Below, one piece after another: positions 41,350 through 50,870 of a stretch of DNA of 64,000 bases (within the stretch, counting starts at the first letter, position 1; each line of letters opens with the position of its first letter). Below the pieces are notes generated by a model that saw only the letters and a program-made list of their open reading frames with translations, was not told the origin of the DNA and made no database searches. Source of the stretch: Longimicrobiales bacterium (GTDB lineage: Bacteria; Gemmatimonadota; Gemmatimonadetes; Longimicrobiales; Gaopeijiaceae). Location of the stretch: positions 224,001 through 288,000 of the forward strand of contig CBDBCF010000002.1 in assembly GCA_965202985.1 (NCBI GenBank). Direction: 5' to 3'. Made by a program: the position numbers and the translations under genes.

Positions 41350-42189
41350 TCACCTTGCCCCGAACCTCCGGCCCGCAAGCCGAAGGGTGTGCGTCAAGCC
41401 CAGCACCTCGGCGCGGCTGGGCAGGCGCTCCCGCCCTTCCAGGAAGGGCCGCACGTCCGCGGAGAGCTGGTCCCACGACGAGGCCGAGAGCCGGCGCGCG
41501 ACCGCCTCCCGCCACGCGCTGGCCGGCGACGGAGGTTCGTCCCCGGTCGATTCCGCGCCCCGGTCCAGTGCGGCGGACAGCAGGCGCAGGTTCGGCGCCG
41601 GCCACCTTGGGTCGCTCAGGTACCACGCCAAGTCGTACACGTCCCGGCCCTTGGCGAACGGCCGTCCCAGGACCGCGTGGATCTTGCCGGCCAGCAGCGA
41701 TGCTCGGTCGTGGTGCCACAACCGCAGCGACACGTGGCGGCGCACCAGGCGCGTCCGGGCGACGGCACCGTCCGGCGGGTCCGTGTCCACCTCGATCTTG
41801 ACGGCCAATGCTTGGTCCCGATGCGGCGACAGGCCGATCTCGTACAGGACGCCGGGGAACCGCAGTCGGGCGGCGTGGACTGCGCCGCCGTCGCGAACCG
41901 CCGCCCGCACCTTGTAGCCCTCCCGCCGGAACTGCCGCCGAACCGCCTCCAGCCAGCCGCGCAAGTCGTATCCAGTGCGGTCGCCCTCGAGAGCGAAGTC
42001 CAAGTCTTCCGAGTAGCGGGGCAAGTCGTACAAGAAGCGGACCGCTGCGCCCCCCCGGCAAGCGACGTGCGCGAACGCGCCCGCCCGCTGCATTGCCTCC
42101 AGGATGCGCGCCTGGAGGTACTCGCGGGCGATGTTGCGACCGGCCAGGGGATCGACCTCCCGCACCAAGCGCCGAAGGTGGTCCTTCAC
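41350..42189 (-). CDS. abiEii: AbiEii-family nucleotidyltransferase toxin
   Basis: REYLQARIL, GGAAVRFLYDLPRYSEDLDF and K.HA...KGRDVYDL. Confidence 0.88.
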   Translation of the reverse strand: MKDHLRRLVREVDPLAGRNIAREYLQARILEAMQRAGAFAHVACRGGAAVRFLYDLPRYSEDLDFALEGDRTGYDLRGWLEAVRRQFRREGYKVRAAVRDGGAVHAARLRFPGVLYEIGLSPHRDQALAVKIEVDTDPPDGAVARTRLVRRHVSLRLWHHDRASLLAGKIHAVLGRPFAKGRDVYDLAWYLSDPRWPAPNLRLLSAALDRGAESTGDEPPSPASAWREAVARRLSASSWDQLSADVRPFLEGRERLPSRAEVLGLTHTLRLAGRRFGAR

Positions 42190-42830
42190 TCTTGCAGCTC
42201 CTCGTAGGCCAGCGCTCGGTCTTCGGCCGTCACCCGGAGATGTCCGACCGTCCGCGTCAGCTTGGGGTTGGCCGTGCGGGCCGCGGCGTCTTCCAGCGCG
42301 GGAATCGAGATCGCGTCCAGGTCGAGGCGCAGTCCGTCGATCCATGCGGGGTCGTCGCCGCCCGGCTGCAAGTAGGCCAAGTCGAGGAACGCCTTCTCGG
42401 GGCTGGCGACGAACGCGTGTTGGCCGCCGCCCAAGGGCCTCCGCTGGTAGCCGAAGAGCATCTCCGGCTTTATGCGGCGGAACGAATAGCGGCCCAAGGG
42501 CGTCTCTCGCACCCCCGGTCGGACCGGACCGAAGCTGGCGACCTCGGCCATGTGCTCCGGGACCGCGCCGGCCGCCGCCAGCGCCGACAGTCCGCTCACG
42601 TAGGAGCCCGGCGCGAGCCGATTGGCCACCAGGAACGGATGGGGGATCGTCTTCCGGTACGGGGGCGCCAGCGCGTACAGCCCCCGGCGCAGCTGGTGCA
42701 GACGGCCGGCGGCGCACCATCGCACCAGCTGTCCGGCCAACCCGGGCTCGCGCCCGCGACCGGCCGTCAGCAGCCCCGTCTCGAAGACGGGCTCGTCCTC
42801 CACGATCTCCAGCAGCTCGGCGAATCTCAT
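42186..42830 (-). CDS. abiEi: AbiEi-family antitoxin
   Basis: QLRRGLY, PGSYVSGLSAL and VASPEKAFLDLAY; GTGA-coupled to the toxin gene. Confidence 0.85.
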   Translation of the reverse strand: MRFAELLEIVEDEPVFETGLLTAGRGREPGLAGQLVRWCAAGRLHQLRRGLYALAPPYRKTIPHPFLVANRLAPGSYVSGLSALAAAGAVPEHMAEVASFGPVRPGVRETPLGRYSFRRIKPEMLFGYQRRPLGGGQHAFVASPEKAFLDLAYLQPGGDDPAWIDGLRLDLDAISIPALEDAAARTANPKLTRTVGHLRVTAEDRALAYEELQE

Positions 42831-42936
42831 GGCAACAAGTTAGCATAAAAAATGATTTGATGCGCTCGATATCGCCCAATACAGCAATGGTTCGCGCCGT
42901 CCCAAGAGGTCCTGCGGAGGTCTCCCAGTCAAACAA

Positions 42937-43014
42937 CAGTCAAGAAAACAAGTGACTGTCAGATAAGGACTTACGGGAATTCGAGGCTCGGATTCCGGTT
43001 TCCAGTCAAGAAAA
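42937..43014 (-). repeat. Right ~78-bp AT-rich inverted repeat
   Basis: Partner of 41196-41273. Confidence 0.93.
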
Positions 43015-43052
43015 CCGGGGCGGTCCACGCCGGCTGATCGGGGGACGGCCTG

Positions 43053-43307
43053 CTAGGCCAGAGAGCGCACCGCTCGGTCCAACTGGGACTTGATTCTGCC
43101 GGCCTTGTTGGGATGGATCAGACGGCGGGCGGCCGCGCGATCGATCAGCGCCACGGCGGCGCGTCGGGACGCCTCGGCCTGCTCGTGCGAACCAGCCTCC
43201 TGCACGCGCCGGATCGCCGTGCGGATCTTGGACCGCACGGCCCGGTTGCGGGCCCGCGCGGCCCGACTGAGGTGCATCCGCTTCTTGGCGCTCTTGATGT
43301 TCGGCAT
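43053..43307 (-). CDS. rpsT: 30S ribosomal protein S20
   Basis: MPNIKSAKKR...LIHPNKAGRIKS. Confidence 0.97.
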   Translation of the reverse strand: MPNIKSAKKRMHLSRAARARNRAVRSKIRTAIRRVQEAGSHEQAEASRRAAVALIDRAAARRLIHPNKAGRIKSQLDRAVRSLA

Positions 43308-43444
43308 CTGTGGCGTGCTTCTCGATCTGTGACGTGGCTTGTCGGTTCCGTGACCCGCGAACGACGAACGCTAACGATAGCCCCGTCGGCGAAGGCCGGT
43401 CAACCCGTGGTCCGGGGCTGGTCTCTTCCATTAGCTTGATCGCC

Positions 43445-44092
43445 ATGGACTTCCTCTACATCGTCGCCGTCCTCCTGTTCTCGATCGTGGTCCACGAGGT
43501 CGCCCACGCTTGGCAGGCGCTCCGGGAGGGCGACACGACGGCGAGGGACCTGGGCCGCATCACGCTGAACCCGCTGCCGCACCTGGACTTGGTCGGCTCG
43601 CTGATCGTCCCCCTCGCGCTCTACCTGCTTCCGGGAAACTTCGTCTTCGGCTGGGCCAAGCCGGTGCCGGTGAACCCGGCCAACTACCGGAACTACCGGG
43701 CGGGCGACATCCGCGTCTCGATGGCCGGGATCGTGGCGAACCTGTGTCTCGCGGCGCTGTGCGCGGGGCTGCTCGCGGTCTTCTTCCAGTTGGGCGGCGC
43801 GTGGTGGACCACGAACGCATTCGGTTCGGCGCTGGTCAAGGCTGCGACCGTCGGCGTCTTCGTCAATCTGGTGCTCGCCTGGTTCAACCTGCTTCCCGTT
43901 CCGCCGCTGGACGGCTCCCACGTCTTCCGCCACCTCCTTCCGGCGCGGCTGGCGCGCCTCTACCAGTCGGCCGGCAGGTTCGGGATCGGCCTCCTGGTGC
44001 TGGTTGGCGTCTTCTACCGCGACGCCCTCTTCGTCGTGTTCGCGCCCGTGGAGCTGGCGTTCGACTGGATCATGCGGATCGTCCTGGGATGA
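43445..44092 (+). CDS. Site-2 protease (M50) family protein
   Basis: HEVAH, GWAKPVPVN and FNLLPVPPLDG. Confidence 0.93.
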   Translation: MDFLYIVAVLLFSIVVHEVAHAWQALREGDTTARDLGRITLNPLPHLDLVGSLIVPLALYLLPGNFVFGWAKPVPVNPANYRNYRAGDIRVSMAGIVANLCLAALCAGLLAVFFQLGGAWWTTNAFGSALVKAATVGVFVNLVLAWFNLLPVPPLDGSHVFRHLLPARLARLYQSAGRFGIGLLVLVGVFYRDALFVVFAPVELAFDWIMRIVLG

Positions 44093-44934
44093 CCGCCGCG
44101 ACCAGCACGACCAGCACGAGCAGCGCCGAAACGGCCCGCCCGGATGCCGACGCCGACGGCCTGCTGGTCGTGGAAACCGACCGCTTTCACGGGCCGCTGG
44201 ACCTGCTCCTTCATCTGATCCGCACCCAGGACATCGACGTCTTCGACATTCCCATCGCCCGGATCACCCGTCAGTTCCTCGCGGCCATCGAGACCCTGGC
44301 CGAGACGAAGATCGACGAAGCGGGCGAGTTCCTGGAGATGGCCGCGGCGCTCGTGCGGATCAAGGCCGCCATGCTGCTGCCGAGGCCGCCCGGCGAGGAG
44401 GACCACGATCCGCGCGCCGAGCTGGTCCGCCGACTGCTGGAGTACGAACAGGTGCGCGAAGTCGCCTCGCGCTTCCGGGCCGCCGAGAACGACCAGGGCC
44501 GTCGCTTTCCCAAGGGGTGGGTGCCGGTCCGCCCCAAGCCGCAGATCGCCGAAGCGCCCTTGAACGTCTCGTGGGACCAGGTGTACGCCGCCGCCCTGCG
44601 ACTGCAACCCCCGAGAGAGCGCGAGCCCGAGCACCGCATGGCCGCCCGCACCGTCGTCATGCGCGACAAGACCGGACTCATCGTGGACGCGCTGCGGCGG
44701 GTGAAGCGCATCGAGTTCGCCAGCTTGGTGGCGCCTTGGAAGGATCGCCTGCACGGCGTGATGACCCTCTTGGCAGGCCTGGAGCTCGGCAAGCGGCGCG
44801 TCGTCGCGCTGAAGCAGAGTCGCCCGTTCGCGTCCCTGTGGCTGTACCCGGGGCGCCGGATCGCCGACGGCCCGTACGTCGAGGACGACGAGGCCGCCGC
44901 GACCGAGGCTTCCCCGACCGAGGCCGCTGCGTGA
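44089..44934 (+). CDS. scpA: Segregation/condensation protein A
   Basis: FHGPLDLLLHLI, EFLEMAA and DPRAELVRRLLEY. Confidence 0.94.
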   Translation: MTAATSTTSTSSAETARPDADADGLLVVETDRFHGPLDLLLHLIRTQDIDVFDIPIARITRQFLAAIETLAETKIDEAGEFLEMAAALVRIKAAMLLPRPPGEEDHDPRAELVRRLLEYEQVREVASRFRAAENDQGRRFPKGWVPVRPKPQIAEAPLNVSWDQVYAAALRLQPPREREPEHRMAARTVVMRDKTGLIVDALRRVKRIEFASLVAPWKDRLHGVMTLLAGLELGKRRVVALKQSRPFASLWLYPGRRIADGPYVEDDEAAATEASPTEAAA

Positions 44935-45680
44935 ACGACGCTTCCGTGGTCGAGGCGGTCCTCTTCGCCAGCGACGAGCCGCTGACGGCGTTGGAGATCG
45001 CTCGGGCCGACGAGACCCTGGACGAGGACCGGGTCGAAGCGGCTCTGGAAGCGCTCAGGGTCGCATACGACGACTCCGGCCGCGCCTTCGAGCTTCGGGA
45101 AGTGGCTGGCGGCGTCCAGATCGCGACGCGTCCCGAGTTCGCCCCCTATCTGGAGCGCTTCGACACCGTGGCCAAGCCCACGCGCCTTTCGGGACCCGCC
45201 TTGGAGGCGCTGGCGATCGTGGCCTACCGGCAGCCAATCAGCCGCATCGAGATCGAGTACGTGCGCGGCGTCAACTCCTCCGGCGTGATCCGCACCCTGC
45301 TGGACCGCGAGCTGATCCACGTCGCCGGAAGAGGCGAAGGCGTCGGTCGTCCCGTCCTCTACGGCACCACGCGGCGCTTCATGGAGCACTTCGGCTTCGC
45401 GTCGCTGGAGGACCTGCCCCGGCCCGAGGAGCTGCCGGTCGTGCTGCGCGAACGGACCCCGTTGACCGACACGGGAACGGCGGACGGGGCGCCGAGCGAC
45501 GGGGAAGGGGAGGTCGCGCCGGAGCCGGACGACCCGGTGGCCGCGGTCCTGGCCCATGCGCAAGAGGTCGGCGCGGACGTTGCCGGCGGCGGGGATGCTG
45601 CCGAAGCGGACGCTGTCGGCGACGCGGACGCTGTCGGCGACGCTGCGGTGTCGGGTCCTCCTTCCGAGGACGAAGGTTGA
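44931..45680 (+). CDS. scpB: Segregation/condensation protein B
   Basis: VEAVLFAS, LAIVAYRQPI, RGVNS and GRPVLYGTT. Confidence 0.95.
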   Translation: MNDASVVEAVLFASDEPLTALEIARADETLDEDRVEAALEALRVAYDDSGRAFELREVAGGVQIATRPEFAPYLERFDTVAKPTRLSGPALEALAIVAYRQPISRIEIEYVRGVNSSGVIRTLLDRELIHVAGRGEGVGRPVLYGTTRRFMEHFGFASLEDLPRPEELPVVLRERTPLTDTGTADGAPSDGEGEVAPEPDDPVAAVLAHAQEVGADVAGGGDAAEADAVGDADAVGDAAVSGPPSEDEG

Positions 45681-46552
45681 CTCGCCGGCACGGGGGCGGC
45701 CTCGGGCCAAGCGGCAGGTCCACGTCCGGTCGCCAAGCGCGACAGGGCTCCCGCGTCACGGTTCCGACCGCGTCTCCGGCACCGCCTGGCATCCGCGTCC
45801 AGCGCTACCTGTCTCAGGCCGGCGCGGCTTCCCGCAGGCAGGCCGAGGTCCTGATCGGCGAGGGGAGGGTGGCCGTCAACGGCGACCCGGTCGCGGAGAT
45901 GGGCGTGCGGGTGGTTCCCGGACAGGATGTGGTGGCGGTGGACGGCCGCGTGGTGGAGCCGGCGCCCCGTCGCTGGATCGTCCTGCACAAGCCGGTCGGC
46001 GTTCTCTGCACGCGGGTCGACCCTCACGGAGGCGCAACCGTCTACGACGTGCTTCCCGACTGGACGACGGGCCTGCGCTACGTGGGGCGACTGGACCGCG
46101 ACACGTCGGGACTGCTCCTCATGACCAACGACGGCGCGCTGGCGGCCGCGCTGGCCCATCCCGCGAACCGCGTCGAGCGCGAGTACGTGGCCACGGTCGG
46201 GAAGCCGTTGACCGCCCAGGCGATCCGCGCCATCAAGGCGGGGGCCCGGCTGGAAGACGGCTTCGCCCGTCCCAAGAAGGTGCGCCGAACGCCACTGGGC
46301 GACGGCGAATGGGGGGTGAGCTTGGTCCTGACCGAGGGACGCAAGCGCGAGGTTCGTCGGCTCCTCAAGGCCGTCGGCTGCCCGGCGAAGTCGCTCTGCC
46401 GCGTCCGCTTCGGCCCCTTCCGCCTGGGCCGACTGGCGGCCGGGCGCTGGCGTCCCGCTCTTCCGTCCGAGATCACGACGGCCCGTTCCCAGGTTCGCCC
46501 GCGCCGAGGCGGCCGGAGACGAGGCTGCACAGCGCAAAGGAAGTCCCCATGA
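45677..46552 (+). CDS. rluB: rRNA pseudouridine synthase (RluB/RsuA family)
   Basis: S4 domain, HKPVG, GRLDRDTSGLLLMTNDG and EGRKREVRR; follows scpB. Confidence 0.88.
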   Translation: MTRRHGGGLGPSGRSTSGRQARQGSRVTVPTASPAPPGIRVQRYLSQAGAASRRQAEVLIGEGRVAVNGDPVAEMGVRVVPGQDVVAVDGRVVEPAPRRWIVLHKPVGVLCTRVDPHGGATVYDVLPDWTTGLRYVGRLDRDTSGLLLMTNDGALAAALAHPANRVEREYVATVGKPLTAQAIRAIKAGARLEDGFARPKKVRRTPLGDGEWGVSLVLTEGRKREVRRLLKAVGCPAKSLCRVRFGPFRLGRLAAGRWRPALPSEITTARSQVRPRRGGRRRGCTAQRKSP

Positions 46553-47199
46553 CCTCTTCGTCGTCCGTCGTTGTCGTCGACCACCCGCTGGTTCGGGACA
46601 AGCTGGGCCGCCTCCGGGACCGCCGCACGCCGGCGAAGCGATTTCGGGAGCTGGTGAACGAGATCGCCATGCTCATGACCTTCCAGGCCACCCAGGACCT
46701 CCACGAGCGGGAAGTGACCGTCGAGACGCCCCTGGAGACGACCCGCGCCACTCGCGTGCAGGAGCCCGACGTGGTGGTCGTGCCGATCCTGCGAGCGGGG
46801 CTGGGGATGCTGGAAGGCGTGCTCCGCGTGATTCCGGGCGCCAGGGTCGGCCACGTGGGCCTGGAGCGCGACGAGCGGACGTTGGAGGCGACGCGCTACT
46901 ACGCCAAGCTGCCCTCGGGCGCGGAGCACGCCCGCCACTTCCTGGTGGACCCCATGCTGGGCACCGGCGGCTCGGCCACCGCGGCAACGACGTGGCTCAA
47001 GGAGCGCGGCGTCCGCGAGATTCGCTTCCTGTGCGTGCTGGCCGCCCCGGAGGGCTTGGCGCGCCTGCACCAGGAGCACCCGGACGTCCCGGTGCTGGCG
47101 GCCGCGGTGGACCGGCGGCTGAGCGAGGCCGGCTACCTGCTGCCGGGGCTGGGCGACGCCGGCGACCGCATGTTCGGCACGCTCTTCGCCGATCTGTAG
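46549..47199 (+). CDS. upp: Uracil phosphoribosyltransferase
   Basis: VPILRAGLGM, DPMLGTGGS and PGLGDAGDR. Confidence 0.96.
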   Translation: MTSSSSVVVVDHPLVRDKLGRLRDRRTPAKRFRELVNEIAMLMTFQATQDLHEREVTVETPLETTRATRVQEPDVVVVPILRAGLGMLEGVLRVIPGARVGHVGLERDERTLEATRYYAKLPSGAEHARHFLVDPMLGTGGSATAATTWLKERGVREIRFLCVLAAPEGLARLHQEHPDVPVLAAAVDRRLSEAGYLLPGLGDAGDRMFGTLFADL

Positions 47200-47297
47200 A
47201 CGCCCCACCGGAAGCCGCGCCCGATTCCCCGGTCCGTCGCGTCGTGACCGGAGTGGGGGACCAGCCCCGACAGTGACACCGCTCGACCGTGACGGGG

Positions 47298-47327
47298 TTG
47301 CCATGCGGCGCCCTGCTGGCGTAACGT
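47298..47327 (+). promoter_or_regulatory. Possible sigma70-like promoter for the tRNA
   Basis: TTGCCA-N18-TAACGT just upstream of the tRNA. Confidence 0.45.
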
Positions 47328-47332
47328 TCGTT

Positions 47333-47406
47333 GGGCCCATAGCTCAGGCGGTTAGAGCAGCGGACTCATAATCCGACGGTCGGGGGTTCAAGTCCCTCTG
47401 GGCCCA
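47333..47406 (+). tRNA. tRNA with CAT anticodon, most likely tRNA-Ile2 (lysidine-type); CCA not encoded
   Basis: GGGCCCA/TGGGCCC acceptor stem, D-arm TAGCTCAG..GGTTAGAGC, CT-CAT-AA loop and GTTCAAGTC T-loop. Lacks initiator features (no 1-72 mismatch, no GGG/CCC anticodon stem). Confidence 0.92.
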
Positions 47407-47506
47407 CTCCGTCCGCGAGGAACACGCTATCTTTTCGCCGAGAACCACGCTGAAACACGAGGAACGCGCGTTGATCGATCCGTTGCCTGCGCCGGGGCGC
47501 ACCTTC

Positions 47507-47884
47507 ATGCGGGGTGCGCTCCGCCTGCCAGGTCACCGCTCCGCAAGGCCGGACGCTCGCAGGTTCGCCCTGCTTGCCGTCGTTGCCGTCATGATTGCGA
47601 CGACGGGCGCGACGGTAGTCCTCGACGTGCTTGCCGACCAGGGCGGGTTCGGAGTCCCAGCGCACATGGAGTCGCCGGACGGGGACTGCCCGTGGGCCCA
47701 CAACCACGGCTTCTGCCAAATGGTGCGCTCGCTGCCGGCCGTTGTGCCCGCGCCGAACGGTACGCTCGAGGCGTCGCCCGCGCCGGCCAAGCTCGTTTCT
47801 CTTCCGGGCGTTCCAGAACGCGGTCCTTCCCGACTGACGTTCCTGACGGACTGCGTCGTCCCCCGAGGTCCGCCGCTCGTCTGA
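47507..47884 (+). CDS. DUF2946-like leader protein with Cys/His motif and C-terminal RGPP (start uncertain)
   Basis: Hydrophobic N-segment, HMES...CPWAHNHGFC, Pro-rich linker and terminal PRGPPLV; upstream of a TonB receptor. Confidence 0.7.
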   Translation: MRGALRLPGHRSARPDARRFALLAVVAVMIATTGATVVLDVLADQGGFGVPAHMESPDGDCPWAHNHGFCQMVRSLPAVVPAPNGTLEASPAPAKLVSLPGVPERGPSRLTFLTDCVVPRGPPLV

Positions 47885-48078
47885 CCTGCTGGAGCTTCCC
47901 GCTCCAGTCCCCCACCCAACAAGCCCTGCCCGCCAGCGGCGTCCGAGGCCGGATCGGCCTTGGGGTTGTCGTCCGGTCATCCGGCAGGGCGTCCAGCCCG
48001 TTCACGCCCGCTTCGGCGACTCTCGCTTCCCGACAAACGGGGGGCGCACGCCGCTCGGGAATCTCGGAGAAGTCGTAG

Positions 48079-50337
48079 ATGCCCCGATTCTTGGCCCCGC
48101 GGCTCGTTGTCCGCGTCGCTCTTGCGACCGCGGCGACGGGGTTGTGTCCGCCCACGGGCTGGATCGGCGTCTCGGCGTCCCTTCGCGGACAGGCGTCCGA
48201 GCAACAGGTCGTTCACGGAGTCGTCCGCGACGCCGAGACCGGGCTTCCGCTGGCCGGGGTCGTCGTGTCGCTGGCCGGAGGGCGGCGTTCCGCGCTCACG
48301 GGAAGCGACGGCGCCTTTCGCATGGAGGTGGCGGGCGCGGCGGCCCAGCAGATCCGCGTGGAGCGACTGGGCTACGGCCGTCGGACGGTGGCGCTGGCCG
48401 AGGACCGGGGCGCCGATCCCGTCGTGGTGGAGCTCGTACCGTCGCCGATTGCGCTGGCGGGACTGGTGGCCACGGGCGCGATCACGGCGCGCACGACGGA
48501 GGAGACGCTGCGTCCCGTCAACGTCGTCGCGGGCGAAGAACTTCAGAGCCGTATGGAGGGAACGGTGGCGAGCGCCCTGGCGGGTCAGCCCGGACTGGCG
48601 GTCGCGACGATGGGACCGGCCACGGCCCGCCCCGTGATCCGCGGCCTGGGAGGCGATAGAGTGCTGATGCTGGAAGACGGCGTGCGGGTCGGAGACGTGT
48701 CTTCCAGCGGGTCGGACCATGCGACGGCCCTGGACGGGTCGTCGGCGCGCCGAGTCGAGGTTGTCCGCGGGCCGGCGGCGCTGCTGTACGGGAGCGGCGC
48801 CCTGGGAGGCGTCGTCAACGTCATCCGTGACGAGATCCCGACGACGGTGCCCGAGCGGTTGTCCGGGTTCGCGTCGCTGCGCGGCGCCACGGTCAGCGCA
48901 TCGCTTGCCGGAAGCGCGGCATCCACGTTCAGGGTCGCAGAGCGCGTGCCGTTGCGAATCGAGGCGTCGGGACGCAGGGCGGGGGACCTCAAGACGCCCA
49001 TCGGCGTCCTTCGGAACACCGACGCCGATACCTGGAACGTCGGCACAGGAGCGTCGTACGTGGCGGACTGGGGCCACGCCGGAGGGGCCTTCCGGTCCTA
49101 CCGCAACAACTACGGCATCCCGGGCGGGTTCGTAGGGGGACACGAGGAGGGCGTGGCGATCGAGATGGAGCGCATGTCCACAAAGCTCCGCGCCGTCGTG
49201 GACCAGCCAACGGGTCCTGTCGAAGCGATCGAACTCCACGGCAGCTACACGTGGTACCGCCACAAGGAGATCGAACCCCCCGACATCCTGGGCACGCTCT
49301 TCAAGTTGCAGGCGACCACCGTGGAGACGCTCGCCCGCACGTCTCCCGTCGGGCCGTTTTCGGCCGGCGCCGTGGGAGTTCGAGCGTCGCGGGAGGAGTT
49401 CGCGTTCGGCGGCGGCGTGTACACGCCCGACACCCGTCGCACCACGCTGGCCGGGTTCGCCTTCCAGGAGATGGAGTTCGGTCCGGTTCGCCTCGAAGGC
49501 GGGTTGCGGTACGATTGGGCGAAGACCGACCCGCTTCAGGACGACCCGAATTCGGAGATCGGCGCCGTTCGGGACCGGAGCTTCCAGGCCATGTCCGGGT
49601 CGCTCGGGATCTTGTACAGCGCCGGTTCGAACGTGTTCCTGGGCGCAACCGCCGGTCGGGCCTTTCGCACGCCGGACGTGAACGAGCTCTATTCGGAAGG
49701 GCCGCACTTGGCGGCGTACTACTTCGAGGTCGGCAACCCGTCGCTGGACGCCGAAACCGGCAACGGCCTGGACGTCTTCGTCCGCTACGGCGGAGACCGG
49801 CTGCGGACCGAGGTCACGGGGTTCTACAACGCGATCTCGGGCTACGTCTACGGTCGGCGAACCGGCGAGACGAGCCGCGTGCAGCTGCCGATCTACCAGT
49901 ACCGGGGCAACGACGCAGTGCTGGCCGGATTCGAGGCCGCGGTGGACGGCGACCTGGGCCGGGGCTGGGGCTTCCAGGGGGCCGCGTCCTATGTGCGGGG
50001 CGAACTGGAGGACACGAGAACGCCGCTGCCGCTGATCCCGCCGATGCAAGGGCGGATCGCGGTGGAGCACGAGCACCCGGCCTGGTTCGTTCGCGCCGAA
50101 GCCGAGATCGCCGCCGAGCAAGACAGGGTCGACGAGTTCGAGCTGCCCACCGACGGGCATGTCGTTCTCCACGCCGCCGCCGGCGCGCGCTTCGCAGTGG
50201 GGGGGCGCTTGACCGTGATCACGGCCAACCTGCGCAACGCCACCAACCAGACGTATCGGAACCATCTCTCCCGGGTCAAGGAGATCATGCCCGAGGCCGG
50301 GAGGAACCTGTCGATCGCGTACCGCGTGATCTTCTAA
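48079..50337 (+). CDS. TonB-dependent receptor, probably metal (Zn/Ni/Cu) uptake
   Basis: RPVIRGL, SGSDHA, RVEVVRGPAALLYGSGALGGVVN, ELYSEGPH and YRNHLSRVK; terminal Phe. Confidence 0.92.
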   Translation: MPRFLAPRLVVRVALATAATGLCPPTGWIGVSASLRGQASEQQVVHGVVRDAETGLPLAGVVVSLAGGRRSALTGSDGAFRMEVAGAAAQQIRVERLGYGRRTVALAEDRGADPVVVELVPSPIALAGLVATGAITARTTEETLRPVNVVAGEELQSRMEGTVASALAGQPGLAVATMGPATARPVIRGLGGDRVLMLEDGVRVGDVSSSGSDHATALDGSSARRVEVVRGPAALLYGSGALGGVVNVIRDEIPTTVPERLSGFASLRGATVSASLAGSAASTFRVAERVPLRIEASGRRAGDLKTPIGVLRNTDADTWNVGTGASYVADWGHAGGAFRSYRNNYGIPGGFVGGHEEGVAIEMERMSTKLRAVVDQPTGPVEAIELHGSYTWYRHKEIEPPDILGTLFKLQATTVETLARTSPVGPFSAGAVGVRASREEFAFGGGVYTPDTRRTTLAGFAFQEMEFGPVRLEGGLRYDWAKTDPLQDDPNSEIGAVRDRSFQAMSGSLGILYSAGSNVFLGATAGRAFRTPDVNELYSEGPHLAAYYFEVGNPSLDAETGNGLDVFVRYGGDRLRTEVTGFYNAISGYVYGRRTGETSRVQLPIYQYRGNDAVLAGFEAAVDGDLGRGWGFQGAASYVRGELEDTRTPLPLIPPMQGRIAVEHEHPAWFVRAEAEIAAEQDRVDEFELPTDGHVVLHAAAGARFAVGGRLTVITANLRNATNQTYRNHLSRVKEIMPEAGRNLSIAYRVIF

Positions 50338-50378
50338 CCCTCACGTACCACCACCACGTACCACCAAGGAGACCAAGC

Positions 50379-50861
50379 ATGAAGAAGCATCGCAAGAACC
50401 GCCTCGCAACCCTGGCCGTCGTTGCCTTCGCCGCCTTCGCCGCCGCGTGCAGCGACGACCCGGTGGCGCCCGACGAGGACGAGCACGCCGAGCCCGAAGG
50501 AGTCCAGGTGCTCGTGGACGGCGCCGTGGTCGCCACCTACGACGGCGACGCCCAGTCCTGGACCGGCGAGCTGGAGATCGAGGCCGGCGAGGAGAGCGGC
50601 ATGGTCGAAGTCCGGTTCGTGGATCACGACGGCGACCCGATCCCGATCGACGACGACCTCTACCTGGAGGTCGACGTGGAGGACACGAGCATCGCGGAGT
50701 TCCACCACGAGCCCGCCCCAGGCAGCTTCACGGGCCACTTCGACGGCAAGGTCGAGGGCGAGACCGACGTCGTGTTCATGCTTATGCACGGCGCCGTCGG
50801 CTCGGGGCACTCGGACTTCACCACCACGGCTGTGCACATCCACGTCGAAGCGCACGGATGA
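50379..50861 (+). CDS. Acidic His-rich lipoprotein
   Basis: AAGGAG SD; FAAAC lipobox; DEDEHAEPEG and MHG...GHSDF. Confidence 0.82.
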   Translation: MKKHRKNRLATLAVVAFAAFAAACSDDPVAPDEDEHAEPEGVQVLVDGAVVATYDGDAQSWTGELEIEAGEESGMVEVRFVDHDGDPIPIDDDLYLEVDVEDTSIAEFHHEPAPGSFTGHFDGKVEGETDVVFMLMHGAVGSGHSDFTTTAVHIHVEAHG

Positions 50862-50870
50862 CCGACTAGA

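Larger units (their letters stand above)
41196..43014. mobile_element. Putative non-autonomous or invertible element carrying an AbiE pair
   Basis: Long inverted repeats bracket abiEi-abiEii; no transposase; no clear target duplication. Confidence 0.45.

Noticed and set aside
41196..43014. XerCD dif or integron attC identity for the inverted repeats
   Set aside because: No convincing match to dif arms or to the RYYYAAC...GTTRRRY architecture.
42840..43028. 62-aa ORF (MDRPGFLDWK...)
   Set aside because: Overlaps the inverted repeat; its counterpart at 41196 is not conserved as an ORF.
47333..47406. tRNA as an integration site
   Set aside because: No integrase and no duplicated tRNA 3' end found in the window.
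50342..50366. CACGTACCACCA direct repeat, similar to C/A-rich sequence at 31841-31866
   Set aside because: Short and low-complexity before an SD; likely an unstructured leader.
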